From positions 1 to 32,027 of the IMG/VR virus record IMGVR_UViG_3300036786_000192: 32,027 nt of DNA; one strand, given 5' to 3'. The position numbers were made by a program, and so were the translations under genes. Under the pieces are notes generated by a model, which searched no databases, was not told the origin of the DNA, and saw nothing but the letters and a program-made list of their open reading frames with translations. This stretch comes from a virus (lineage: Duplodnaviria > Caudoviricetes). Shown in pieces: positions 1-9,024 of this stretch (the stretch's first letter is position 1; each line of letters starts with the position of its first letter).

Positions 1-351
1 ATGAGGGGGGATTCGGGGGGTGCATGTCGGATCGATCCGGCGGGAAAAGTGGGCTCGGCGGTGCCGCGCGCCGGCCTCTGGCCGGCACCCCCACCCCTTC
101 CCCTCCCCACAAGGGGGAGGGGTTTGGAAAGTTGGAATCACGCGTCTGCCAATTCCGCGATCTATGTCCACGGCGGCGGCGCTTGTCCGGTCGATCCCGA
201 CTCCGCTGTCCGCGTCACCTTTCGAAATGGGGTGAGCGCGCGTCATGCCTCCCCGGCGCGGCAGCTTCATTGGGGGCATCGGGGGCGGGACGATGTGTGG
301 GACATCGTGGCTTATGAGAGTCTCGCCGGCGCGGGGCGGGGGCGGCGATGA
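1..351 (+). CDS. Small phage-type hypothetical protein (true start probably downstream, e.g. TTG at 124)
   Basis: C-terminal HGGGACPVDPDSAVRVTFRNG...W...DIVAYE resembles a recurrent small phage protein pattern. Stop overlaps the next start (ATGA 348-351). The 5' part runs through a REP-like hairpin, so the start is uncertain. Confidence 0.5.
   Translation: MRGDSGGACRIDPAGKVGSAVPRAGLWPAPPPLPLPTRGRGLESWNHASANSAIYVHGGGACPVDPDSAVRVTFRNGVSARHASPARQLHWGHRGRDDVWDIVAYESLAGAGRGRR
88..124. repeat. REP-like palindromic element
   Basis: cccccacccct-tcccctccccacaagggggaggggt; the cccctcccc/ggggagggg stem matches other intergenic repeats in the window. Confidence 0.6.
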
Positions 352-1313
352 GCTTGGCGGGGGGGTATGTCCGCGTCCATCGCAGCCTGATCGGGCATCC
401 GGCGTTTCGCAACGACGCGGAAGCGATGGCGTTCGCCTGGCTGGTCTGCCGCGCGGCCTGGCAGCCGGTGGAGCTTCGCTACAAGGGGCGGCTGGTGCGG
501 CTGGGGCGGGGGCAGCTTGCGCTGTCGGTGCGCGATTTCGCCGCCGCCATGGACCGCGACAAGGGCTGGGCCGAGAGGCTGCTTCGGCGACTCCGCGCGC
601 GGGCCATGGTCGAGACGGAGAAGGGGGCCGGCTCGCTCATCATAAGCATCTGCAATTACGGGCGATTCCAGGCGGATGAGGCGGCGGCCAAGGCGCCGCG
701 CAAGACGGCGGCCAAGACGGCGGCGGGACGCGGGCGCGACACGGAACAAGGAATCGAAGAAGGGGAAGAGATTCCCCCTCCGCCCCCGGCGAAGGGGCCG
801 GCGCGGGCTTCGGGCAAGCGGGCCCTTCCGGCCGACTGGCAATTGCCGGCGGTCGAGAGCCTGACCGACAAGGCGCGCGCCTGCGCCGCCTTGTGGTCGC
901 GGGCGAGCTATGAGGCGGTGGGGGAGGCCTTCGTCTGCTATTGGCGGCGGACCGGGCGGCGCAATGTCGACTGGCGGCTGACCTTCTGCGGCTGGGTGCT
1001 GCGCGAGCATGAAAAGGTGATGCGGAGCGAGCGCTTCGGTGCCGCGCCGCCCGCCGCCGCCGCCGCGCCGCGGGCGATGGACGCGGAAGAGCGCGCGTCG
1101 CTCGCCGCCCTCCACCAGGCGCGCGAGACCATGGCATTCGACGATTGGCACAGGCTGCGCCAGGCGCATTTTCGGCGCTGGCCGGGCGACGCGGTGCGGC
1201 GCGACGCGGGCGGGCGCGCGCGGGCGCTTGCCGACGCGCTGCCGCCGGCGCTGCGGCGCAAGCGGGCCGGCGGGGCATCCAAAGACGGGCAATCGACGGG
1301 GCAGGAGGACTGA
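348..1313 (+). CDS. Phage replication initiator / replisome organiser (N-terminal winged helix, C-terminal DnaT-like motif)
   Basis: GYVRVHRSL..HP, L.RGQL..S.R..A, ISICNYGRFQ N-terminal pattern; LPADW and F..YW...DW..TF..WV C-terminal pattern typical of phage initiators. Confidence 0.75.
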   Translation: MSLAGGYVRVHRSLIGHPAFRNDAEAMAFAWLVCRAAWQPVELRYKGRLVRLGRGQLALSVRDFAAAMDRDKGWAERLLRRLRARAMVETEKGAGSLIISICNYGRFQADEAAAKAPRKTAAKTAAGRGRDTEQGIEEGEEIPPPPPAKGPARASGKRALPADWQLPAVESLTDKARACAALWSRASYEAVGEAFVCYWRRTGRRNVDWRLTFCGWVLREHEKVMRSERFGAAPPAAAAAPRAMDAEERASLAALHQARETMAFDDWHRLRQAHFRRWPGDAVRRDAGGRARALADALPPALRRKRAGGASKDGQSTGQED

Positions 1314-1317
1314 AGAC

Positions 1318-1917
1318 GTGGCGAAACGGACCAAGCGCAAGGTCAAGACGGCGACGCAGCTCCAGGCGGAGGCCGAGCAGAGGCTGCGCATCCGCGCAGT
1401 CGATTCCGGCATTCCCGAGCATCGCGTCGCCGGCGAGCGCATCCGCGATTATGCGCCCGACCAGGTGATCGATTTGAGCGGCGAGCTCGGCGGCGGGCGC
1501 AACCGGCAATATCAGGTGCTGCGATTGCTCTATCCGACGGTGGTCGACCGCTGGCTGGCCGAGGGCGGGCCGGGCTTCGAGGAGCCGCAGCGGCGCGCGA
1601 TCGAGCATTGCCGGGCGCTGTGGACCCGGCTCGGCACGCAGGGGCGGCTGACCGCGCGCTGGGACGGCGTCGGCGGCGGCCGCGGCGACCGCAACCGCGT
1701 GCTCGAGCAGGCCGAGGCCCATGCCGAGATCAGGGGCTATGAGGCGCGGCTGGGCATGCCCTGGGTGTGGGAGGTGTTCGAGCTGGTCGTCCGCCACGAC
1801 GAGCCCGCCGGCGCCGCCGCGAGCAAGCTCGCCAGCAACAGCGCCCAGCGGCAGGCGCACGCCAAGGCCTGCGTGGGGTTCGTGGCGAGCGCGATCGCGA
1901 TGTGGCGGGGCTATTAG
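1318..1917 (+). CDS. Putative late-gene regulator (Q-like / DUF6456-like antiterminator)
   Basis: GTG start at 1318 after AGGAGG; basic N-terminus and helical C-terminal domain (VFELVVRHDEPAGAAASKL...AKACVGFVASAIA); last gene of the replication operon. Function is inferred from position. Confidence 0.5.
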   Translation: MAKRTKRKVKTATQLQAEAEQRLRIRAVDSGIPEHRVAGERIRDYAPDQVIDLSGELGGGRNRQYQVLRLLYPTVVDRWLAEGGPGFEEPQRRAIEHCRALWTRLGTQGRLTARWDGVGGGRGDRNRVLEQAEAHAEIRGYEARLGMPWVWEVFELVVRHDEPAGAAASKLASNSAQRQAHAKACVGFVASAIAMWRGY

Positions 1918-1978
1918 GGCAGATTGGCAAGTACTTGCCAATCGTCATTGGAATTGGTTCTCCCGATGCTGGGAGCGG

Positions 1979-3124
1979 CTAGGCCGGCTCGGCGGAGATT
2001 CCCGCTTCCGGAACAGGCTCGGCCGGCGTTGGCGCAGGCACATTTTCGATAAAGAGGGCTGCGAGCGGATCATTGATGTAATAATTGCTTCGGCCCGCCC
2101 GGTGCTTGGACAACAGCCCCCCGGCGGTGAGCTGGTCAAGGTAGCGGGCGGCCGTCTGCCGGCTGATGTCCAGTTCCCGCTGCAGGAATTCGATGCGGGT
2201 GTAAGGGAATCGGAAGAGGGTGTTGAGCAGATCCTGGGAATAGATCTTCTTGTGGTTCGTGCGCAGATTGTTCTTATAGTCCCGCATCAGCTCCTTGATG
2301 TCGCCGATGAGGCGCAGCGTGTCGATGGAGGTGCTGGTGACGGCCTGGAGCATGTACAGGATCCAGCTCTCCCAGTCTCCGGTCTCCCGCACCGCCTGAA
2401 GCAGCCGGTAATATTCGCCCTTGTTCGCGGTGATGTAGCGGCTGAGATAGAGGATCGGAATCTCTAGCAGCTTCTCGCGCACGAGATAGAGGACGTTGAT
2501 GATGCGTCCGATCCGACCGTTGCCGTCGGGGAACGGGTGAATGCTCTCGAACTGGTGGTGAATGACGGCCATCTTGACGAGGGGATCGAGGTCGCAAAGC
2601 GCATCGTCGTTGATGAACCGCTCCAATTTCCCCATCAGGTCCTGGATCGCGTTGGCGTCCTGCGGCGGGATATAGACGAGCTTGCCGCTGGCTTCGTTCT
2701 TCAAGGCGGTTCCCGGCGTCGCGCGATATCCGCCCGTCGTCCGCTTCAGCACCTGGAACATCCGGGTGATGGTGTTGTTGGTGAGCAGTCCCTCCTGAGC
2801 GCACAAGGCGTCGTGGCCGACCTGGAGCGCGTCCCGGTAAAGCGCCACTTCCTTGGCGGCCGGCGAGGCGGGGTTTTCGGGGAACAGGCTGACCTGGAAC
2901 ACCTCATCCTGCGTCGTGACGATATTCTCGATCTCCGAGCTCGCCTTCGCTTCCTGGAGGGCGAGCGTGTCGATGAGGATGCCTTGGTTGGGGATGCCGC
3001 CGGCACGGCCCTTCAACTCGGCGAGGTGACGGTGCGCGCGCGCGGCGGCGCGCAGCACGGAAGGGTTTTCGAGCGCCGCGTTCGGCGGGAGCTCAGGGAT
3101 CGTATAAGTCGGCTTGAGAGTCAT
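1979..3124 (-). CDS. fic: Fic family protein (Fic_N + Fic + C-terminal winged HTH, SoFic-like AMPylase)
   Basis: Canonical HPFPDGNGRIGR motif, inhibitory helix ASSEIEN, C-terminal HTH (ELDISRQTAARYLDQL). Confidence 0.92.
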   Translation of the reverse strand: MTLKPTYTIPELPPNAALENPSVLRAAARAHRHLAELKGRAGGIPNQGILIDTLALQEAKASSEIENIVTTQDEVFQVSLFPENPASPAAKEVALYRDALQVGHDALCAQEGLLTNNTITRMFQVLKRTTGGYRATPGTALKNEASGKLVYIPPQDANAIQDLMGKLERFINDDALCDLDPLVKMAVIHHQFESIHPFPDGNGRIGRIINVLYLVREKLLEIPILYLSRYITANKGEYYRLLQAVRETGDWESWILYMLQAVTSTSIDTLRLIGDIKELMRDYKNNLRTNHKKIYSQDLLNTLFRFPYTRIEFLQRELDISRQTAARYLDQLTAGGLLSKHRAGRSNYYINDPLAALFIENVPAPTPAEPVPEAGISAEPA

Positions 3125-3132
3125 TGCGGCTC

Positions 3133-3205
3133 ATGTTCGCGGAACTGGTTTTTGCGAACATATCATGCATGACGTGTTACAAAAAGTGAAAAATGTTAAC
3201 ACGTC
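3133..3205. promoter_or_regulatory. Two operator-like inverted repeats upstream of fic
   Basis: ATGTTCGC(3133-3140)-N13-GCGAACAT(3154-3161) and GACGTGTTA(3171-3179)-N17-TAACACGTC(3197-3205), in an AT-rich spacer. Confidence 0.55.
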
Positions 3206-3321
3206 TGGCCGCATATGCTATGCAGGGTGACGCATCTCGAGACCGACTCTCGCAAGCCGTCATGCTCGCCCTCGTCGAAAGCTTGCGCTACGCTCCGCTA
3301 GCACACAGGGGGAATAGACGC

Positions 3322-4263
3322 ATGAAATCATGGATTTTCGCGCTCGCGGCGGTCGCCGCGTGGGGATCGGCCGCTTCGGCGCGGACTGGGGCGGCGCCGG
3401 CGGTCGCCTATCGGCCGCTGGGGGTGGACGATCTCGGCATCCAGTTCGTCGACGACGGCTCGGTCCGGAAGGACGGGACGAGCCGGGATTTTTCGATGCT
3501 GGTGGTGTTCGCGCACCCGATAGCCGACGATAACGGGGCCGAATTTCTCTATGCGACGCTCCGGTCGCGGGTCGATTGCGCCGCCGGGACCGAGCAGGAC
3601 CTCTTCGCAATCTTCCACGCGAAGGACGGCACCGACCAAAGGCCGACCGTCCACCATCCGGCCGCTTCCCTCCAGCCCGGATCGGTGATGGCGGACGCCG
3701 CGGATTATGTGTGCACGGGGAGGCGCAAGGCCGCCGCCGCGGAGGGGCGGGCGATGAGCGAGGCGGAGGCGGTGCGCGTCGCGACGGGCGCCTTCGCGGT
3801 TTCGGCCCCGGCGGCCGGCGCGTCCCAACCCGTCTATCGGTTGCTGGGCGTGACCGATGAGGATGCCGAGTTTCTCGACCAGGGCTCGATCGCGAAGGAC
3901 GGAGCGCTCCGGGACTACCGGCTGCTGGTGGTGTGGGCGACGCCCAAGCTCGGGAGCGACGGCAGGACCGAGCATCCCTTTGCCAAATACCAGGCCCGGA
4001 TCGACTGCGCCGCGTGGATGTCGAGCCTGCTTTCCATCACCATCTACAGCAGGAGCGGCCCGGAAAAGCCGATCATCCTTGGCCGGGGCCCGGATCGTCT
4101 TGAGCCGGGCTCGGTCGCAGAGACCGGCGCCGACTATCTCTGCAAGGGTAAATTGGCTGCGCAGATCGCGGGCGCGCCCCTGATCACGGTGGAGGAAGCG
4201 GTCCGCTCCGCGACCATGCTTTTCGCGGGACGCAAGGACCGGCGCGGCGCGGGAGGACAGTGA
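3322..4263 (+). CDS. Secreted protein with 2 tandem surface-adhesin-E-like domains
   Basis: ATG 3322 after GGGGGA; signal peptide MKSWIFALAAVAAWGSAASA; two units with F.D..S, R(V/I)DCAA, PGSV...ADY.C. Confidence 0.7.
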   Translation: MKSWIFALAAVAAWGSAASARTGAAPAVAYRPLGVDDLGIQFVDDGSVRKDGTSRDFSMLVVFAHPIADDNGAEFLYATLRSRVDCAAGTEQDLFAIFHAKDGTDQRPTVHHPAASLQPGSVMADAADYVCTGRRKAAAAEGRAMSEAEAVRVATGAFAVSAPAAGASQPVYRLLGVTDEDAEFLDQGSIAKDGALRDYRLLVVWATPKLGSDGRTEHPFAKYQARIDCAAWMSSLLSITIYSRSGPEKPIILGRGPDRLEPGSVAETGADYLCKGKLAAQIAGAPLITVEEAVRSATMLFAGRKDRRGAGGQ

Positions 4264-4366
4264 GCGGCGCGGGGGCTGCGCCGGCTCCGGCGTTTCGCCG
4301 TCGACGCGATGCTCGCGCTCTTCGCCGACTTGCGCTAGGCTTCATCGCAAAACGGGGGGCAGGCGC

Positions 4367-5725
4367 ATGAAAGCGTGGTTTTTGGCGTTCATGGTGTTGG
4401 GGGCTTCGGCGGCTGCTGCTGCGGCGCAGTCGAGCGCCTTGCCGGAGGCGCGCTATCGGTTGATGGGCTACAGGGGCGATGAGGTTCAGTTCCTCGACGA
4501 GGGATCCGTCGACACGGACGGGACCAGGCGGGACTTTTCCTCCCTGACGGTGGACTCGGCGCCCCGGGCCGGCCCGCACGGCCGGCCGGAAGACAGCTAT
4601 GGCGTGATTCGAAGCCGGATCGATTGCGCCGCGTGGACGGTGCAGCCGCTCTCCGCGCGGGTCCATTGGCAGAGCGGCCTGGGCGAACGCGTGGCCGCCA
4701 ATCGAGCGCCCGTGGCCATCCCGGTGAATTCGTTCGCGGAGCTTTTCGCCGATTTTCTCTGCAAGGGCCGGACGGATTGGCTGATCAGGCGGTCGCATCT
4801 GGTCCGCGAAGCGGATGCGGTTCGCTCCGCGCGGCGCTTTTTCTCCGTCCCGACGGCGACGGACGCGTCGGGAGATTCGCGCTACCGCCTGCTGGATCTC
4901 GAGGACGCCGACGCCCAGCTCATCGACGAAAAGTCCATCAAGGAAGACGGCCCGCGCCGGAAATTCTCGCTGCTGATCATTTGGCCTCAACCCCGGTCCG
5001 GGGGAGGGGAAAGCGAGCCCGCCTCTCTCCACGACGAAATCCCGATGCGGGTCGATTGCGCCGCATGGACGATGCAGACCCTCTCGGGGAGGCCGAATGC
5101 GGGAAGCGGCACCGGAACGCCGCTTGTTCATGCCATCCTGCCGGGCTCGGTCGCGGAGACGGCGGCCGATTATGTCTGCAAGGGCAAGCTGGACCCCGAC
5201 ATCTCGCCGGCGAACGCCGCGAACGAAGCGCAGGCGGTGCGCGGCGCGATGCGTTTCCTCGCCGTGACGGGTTGGGGAAGCGCGCCGCCGGATCCCGCCT
5301 ACCGTCTCATCGCCGCGGACGGCGATGCGGCCAATTATCTCGACGAAAGCGCGATCGCGCGGGCCGGCGCGACCCGGGAATATTGGATTCTGGGGCTGCG
5401 GGCAAAGCCCGAACGCGACAGGTACGGCGCCGAACATCCCTATGCGAGGTACCAGCTCCGCATCGATTGCGCCGCGTGGACTACGCAGGCGCTCAAGGTG
5501 ATTCCCTATACGAAGCGCGGGCCGGACCAGCTTGTTTCGCTTGCCGCCGAGCCGCAGCGCATCGACCCGGATTCGGCGACGGAGGCCACCGCCAATTTCC
5601 TGTGCAAGGGCGAACTCGATCCGGCGATCGCGGCGAGGCACCTGGTCTCGCAGGACGAAGCGGTGCGCGAGGCGCTGAGCAATTTCGTGGCGGCCGGCCG
5701 GCCGCGCGATGCGCGCGGGAGGTGA
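4367..5725 (+). CDS. Secreted protein with 3 tandem surface-adhesin-E-like domains (paralog of upstream gene)
   Basis: Signal peptide MKAWFLAFMVLGASAAAAA; three units each with YRL, DE.S, R(I/V)DCAAWT.Q, A(D/N)(F/Y).CKG. Confidence 0.75.
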   Translation: MKAWFLAFMVLGASAAAAAAQSSALPEARYRLMGYRGDEVQFLDEGSVDTDGTRRDFSSLTVDSAPRAGPHGRPEDSYGVIRSRIDCAAWTVQPLSARVHWQSGLGERVAANRAPVAIPVNSFAELFADFLCKGRTDWLIRRSHLVREADAVRSARRFFSVPTATDASGDSRYRLLDLEDADAQLIDEKSIKEDGPRRKFSLLIIWPQPRSGGGESEPASLHDEIPMRVDCAAWTMQTLSGRPNAGSGTGTPLVHAILPGSVAETAADYVCKGKLDPDISPANAANEAQAVRGAMRFLAVTGWGSAPPDPAYRLIAADGDAANYLDESAIARAGATREYWILGLRAKPERDRYGAEHPYARYQLRIDCAAWTTQALKVIPYTKRGPDQLVSLAAEPQRIDPDSATEATANFLCKGELDPAIAARHLVSQDEAVREALSNFVAAGRPRDARGR

Positions 5726-5782
5726 ACGGGGCGGCCACCGGAACAACCCAGGTTGCCGCCGCGACCCTTCGCGAAAAGGCGG

Positions 5783-5811
5783 TTGACAACGTAATGCCGA
5801 CCTGCTAGGAA
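5783..5811 (+). promoter_or_regulatory. Sigma70-type promoter, candidate late promoter
   Basis: TTGACA(5783-5788)-N17-TAGGAA(5806-5811), pointing into the structural operon. Confidence 0.55.
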
Positions 5812-6083
5812 GGTCATACTCGCTAGAGTTGCGCCTGACGGGCAGAGGGGAAATCCCCCGGGCAGCCGCGGCGCCGGCTCCGGCCTCTTTCATCCCTACG
5901 ATGATCTTCCTATGCCGTGCCGCGCGTTCCTTCCCTGCGCGCGTGCGCGGTGCCGCCCGCACCCCCGACGCACCTTCCGAACGCCAAGAGCGCTTGTCAC
6001 CGCTGAGGCGAGGTTTGCGGGCGGCATAAAATCCCGGCCCCTGTCACGTCCGGCCGAAATCCAGCCAGCCCAGGAGAGTCCCG

Positions 6084-6278
6084 ATGAGCGACGACGGCCT
6101 CTGCGGCTTCGGCGAGCCGGCGTTGGCGCCCGCGCTCGCCGCGCCCGAGCCGGTCGGCATGGTCGACGGGCGTTCGATCGCCGGCTTCTGGATGCCTTAT
6201 TGGGCATCGCGTTCCTATCCCATGGCTGCCCATCCCGTGCCGGGCCGCTGCATTCTCGGGCGGGGCTGTCGTGGATGA
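6084..6278 (+). CDS. Small hypothetical protein
   Basis: AGGAGAG upstream of ATG; overlaps next ORF by 8 nt; no recognisable motif. Confidence 0.35.
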   Translation: MSDDGLCGFGEPALAPALAAPEPVGMVDGRSIAGFWMPYWASRSYPMAAHPVPGRCILGRGCRG

Positions 6279-6474
6279 TCCGATCGCGCCCGATATCGAG
6301 GCCATCTACCGCATGGTCGCGCTCGCCTGCGCCGCCTTCGTCACCGACGAGGCGAAGGATCATACCGCTGTGCTCGCCGTGGCGGACAGCTTCCTCGAAT
6401 ATATCGATCCTTTGATCGCGGCCGACCAGGGCGTGCGGTTTACGTGCGACAAGGCGGTGCAGCCGAAGAGGTGA
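6271..6474 (+). CDS. Small hypothetical protein
   Basis: GTG start, host-like codon usage, helical 67-aa product (VLAVADSFLEYI). Confidence 0.55.
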   Translation: MDDPIAPDIEAIYRMVALACAAFVTDEAKDHTAVLAVADSFLEYIDPLIAADQGVRFTCDKAVQPKR

Positions 6475-6500
6475 GAGCGGAGAGGGGGCTTCGTGCGGGC

Positions 6501-6556
6501 CTCAGGCCCCCCTCCACCGCCGTTCCGGCGGTCCCCCTCCCCGTCCCGGGGAGGAT
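6501..6556 (+). repeat. REP-like element (two hairpins)
   Basis: ctcaggcccccctcc-ACCGCCGttcCGGCGGT-ccccctccccgtcccggggaggat; near copy at 8508-8563. Confidence 0.8.
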
Positions 6557-6652
6557 TTGAGCAGCCGTCTTGTCAGGTCGCGCGGGGCCTTTCGCTGAAC
6601 CGCGCATTCGCCGCCGCCATTCCCGGCCCATGGCCAAACTTAGGAGAAGCAC

Positions 6653-8488
6653 ATGACCCTCAATCCCACCAATGCCGGCCTGTTCGTCGACCTCGCCAGC
6701 GTCTCGATCGACGCCGGGATCGATATGATCGAGCTCGAGGGCTATCGCGAGGCAGGCAAGGGGGCGGGGCGTTATTTCCGGTGGACCGACGATCTGCCGG
6801 CGCTGCCGGCGGTCGGCACCGGCGAGAATGCCTGGTGGGCGACCGATGCCGACGGCGGCACTTGGTATCCCGACGAGACCCAGCTCAACCTCTATCATTT
6901 CGGCGCCTATTGGGACGTTGAGACCGCCACCAATCCCTGGACCGGGACCGACGATTATCCCGCCTTCCTCGCCTTCAAATCTTATTGCATCTGGGTGCGC
7001 AAGAGCGACGGCTTCGCCGCCGACTATCTGTGCCTGCCCAAGCTGAGCCTGCCGTTCGGCGCCGGCTATACGTCGGCGACCTGGGAGTTCAATTTCGGCA
7101 CGCCCCATCTCGTCGGCGTCGGATCGGGCGGACGCAACGGCGGCTATCCGACCATCCTCGTCGCGGCGCCGGGCGTCGACGGCATCGCCACCGAAACCAC
7201 CAATACGACCGGCAACACGACCCGCACCCCCGGCGTCGGCGCGACCGACGCCTTGTTCGAGCATATCCAGCTCCGCACCTTCGGCGACGGCGGCGGCACG
7301 ACCGCGGACGGCTGGCGGATCCGCTGCCAGACGCGGCTGATCGAATGCTCCGCGCGCGATTTCATCCGTTACGGCGTCAACATCACCGGAACGATCGGCG
7401 GCGGCGGATCGGCGGAAGGCAATGACAATCTCTGCGAGATTATCGGCGGCACCTATAGCTATAACGGCGCCGCCGGCATTTTCCTGGATGGCGGCGATTC
7501 CAACCAGAGCACGATCACCGGCCCCGTCGACGTCTCGTCGAACGGCGGGTGGGGCGTGTGGGACAGCTCGTTCCTCGGCAATCTGTGGTCGGGAACGCAC
7601 ACCAACGGCAATGGCGTCGCGACCTCCGGGCCGCTTTATGCCACCAACGTCAATGGCAATTGCTGCAATTATAGCGGCAACCGCTATTCGGTGCAGCCGG
7701 GCCAGGCGGCCGGCGCCTCGACCAATGCGCCGAGCGGCACGACCGCGGCCAACACATGGTGGCATTGGATCCAGGCCGGCGGCGTGCACGTCGAATATCC
7801 CACCTGGGTTTCGGGCATGACCTGGACCGAGGGGGGGCCGTTCTTCACAGATAATCTCAATTCGACCTCCGTCTTCCTCCATTGCTATTCGGAGGAGCTT
7901 GGCGGCCCGTCGCGCTTCTCCAACCAGACGCTCATCATCGGCGGCCTCCATGCCGCGGGCGTCATCGGCGGGACCTTCATCCGCGCCGATCTCGGCAGTC
8001 TCAAGAATACGGGCGGCGGATTCTGGTCGATCCAGGACGATGGCACCGGCAACAATGTGTCATCGATGATCGGTGGCGCCGCATTGAGCCGTGATTTCCG
8101 GACCTTCTCTTATGGGACGCTGCAGCCCTGGACCGAGCATTACAATACGAGCACCGGCAACATCCACTTTCTTTACTCGCATTTCGACGGTTGGTGCGCC
8201 TACACGATCACCGGGCCGAGCACGACCTACCAGTTCGGCCGCGGAGCGGGCGTGCCGCATCGGCTGCAGGTTCCCGAGATCTTCGTCGGCAGTACGTCCA
8301 ACGCGCGGAGCATCAGCTCGGCCTCGGCGATGCCGTCGAGCGGGACCTATGGCGAGGGCGATTTCGTGCACAATACGCTGCCGAGCGTCTCGTCCGGCAA
8401 GGTGCTGACCGGCTGGATCCGGCTGACCAGCGGGAGTGGCAACGTGCTCAATACCGATTGGGCGGCCTGCTACGCGACGACGAGCTGA
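6653..8488 (+). CDS. Tailspike / beta-helix polysaccharide-binding protein
   Basis: AGGAGA RBS; GYREAGKGAGRY head motif; LYHFGA...TDDYPAF pectate-lyase-3-like cap; G/N/T-rich beta-helix-like body; PSSGTY..GDFV.N..P...GW C-terminal motif. Confidence 0.7.
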   Translation: MTLNPTNAGLFVDLASVSIDAGIDMIELEGYREAGKGAGRYFRWTDDLPALPAVGTGENAWWATDADGGTWYPDETQLNLYHFGAYWDVETATNPWTGTDDYPAFLAFKSYCIWVRKSDGFAADYLCLPKLSLPFGAGYTSATWEFNFGTPHLVGVGSGGRNGGYPTILVAAPGVDGIATETTNTTGNTTRTPGVGATDALFEHIQLRTFGDGGGTTADGWRIRCQTRLIECSARDFIRYGVNITGTIGGGGSAEGNDNLCEIIGGTYSYNGAAGIFLDGGDSNQSTITGPVDVSSNGGWGVWDSSFLGNLWSGTHTNGNGVATSGPLYATNVNGNCCNYSGNRYSVQPGQAAGASTNAPSGTTAANTWWHWIQAGGVHVEYPTWVSGMTWTEGGPFFTDNLNSTSVFLHCYSEELGGPSRFSNQTLIIGGLHAAGVIGGTFIRADLGSLKNTGGGFWSIQDDGTGNNVSSMIGGAALSRDFRTFSYGTLQPWTEHYNTSTGNIHFLYSHFDGWCAYTITGPSTTYQFGRGAGVPHRLQVPEIFVGSTSNARSISSASAMPSSGTYGEGDFVHNTLPSVSSGKVLTGWIRLTSGSGNVLNTDWAACYATTS

Positions 8489-8507
8489 GGAGTCGCCGCG
8501 GGCGGGG

Positions 8508-8563
8508 CTCAGGCCCCCCTCCACCATGCTCCGCATGGTCCCCCTCCCCGTTCCGGGGAGGAT
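8508..8563 (+). repeat. REP-like element (two hairpins)
   Basis: ctcaggcccccctcc-ACCATGCtccGCATGGT-ccccctccccgttccggggaggat; direct repeat of 6501-6556 with compensatory stem changes. Confidence 0.8.
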
Positions 8564-8592
8564 GAAGGCCGACCAGCCCGAAAGGGAGCCGG

Positions 8593-8880
8593 ATGACGAA
8601 GACCATGGAGGACGCGCCGGCAGCCGTGGGGCGGGCGCGTCCTGGGCGCAGGGCGGCGCGGGCGAAAGCCGCAGCGCCGGGGCTGCGGGCGGCGAAGGAG
8701 GCGATCGCGCTGGCGGCCGACGCGCTCGGGGGGCATGAACGGCTCGTCGAATGGGCGCGGGAGGACGCGAAGAACGAAAGCGTCTTCTGGTCGAGCATCT
8801 ATCCCAAATTGATTCCGATCCAGCTTTCCGGCGACGGCGGGGGGGCGGTGGAACATGGGGTGACGGTGAAGTTCGTTTGA
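8593..8880 (+). CDS. Putative terminase small subunit
   Basis: KEAIALAADALGG.ERL.EWA...FW..IYPKLIP.Q.SG pattern; immediately upstream of TerL; GGGAG RBS. Confidence 0.6.
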   Translation: MTKTMEDAPAAVGRARPGRRAARAKAAAPGLRAAKEAIALAADALGGHERLVEWAREDAKNESVFWSSIYPKLIPIQLSGDGGGAVEHGVTVKFV

Positions 8881-8929
8881 ATTCGGTTTTGGTGGGGGTC
8901 GGGGGTTGGGGATAGTTCTCAGACGCCGA

Positions 8930-9010
8930 ACCCCCTCACCATGTGCCGCCGCTAAGGTTCGTCTGGGGGACGAACCAGGCGGCACATCCTCTCCCCACTT
9001 GGGAGAGGGA
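8930..9010 (+). repeat. REP-like element with extended internal hairpin
   Basis: ccccctcacc-atgtgccgcc...ggttcgtc/gacgaacc...ggcggcacat-cctctccccacttgggagaggg. Confidence 0.65.
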
Positions 9011-9024
9011 GTCTGGAGGCTCCC

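Noticed and set aside
3193-3321. Upstream extensions given in the ORF track (also 1039-1317, 15740-16093, 17690-18007, 19542-19577, 21280-21327)
   Set aside because: Better starts are supported by RBS, signal peptide, translational coupling or paralog alignment.
5820-6083. Named riboswitch, tRNA or other ncRNA in the leader
   Set aside because: No recognisable consensus by eye; only short hairpins. An Rfam/Infernal scan would be needed.
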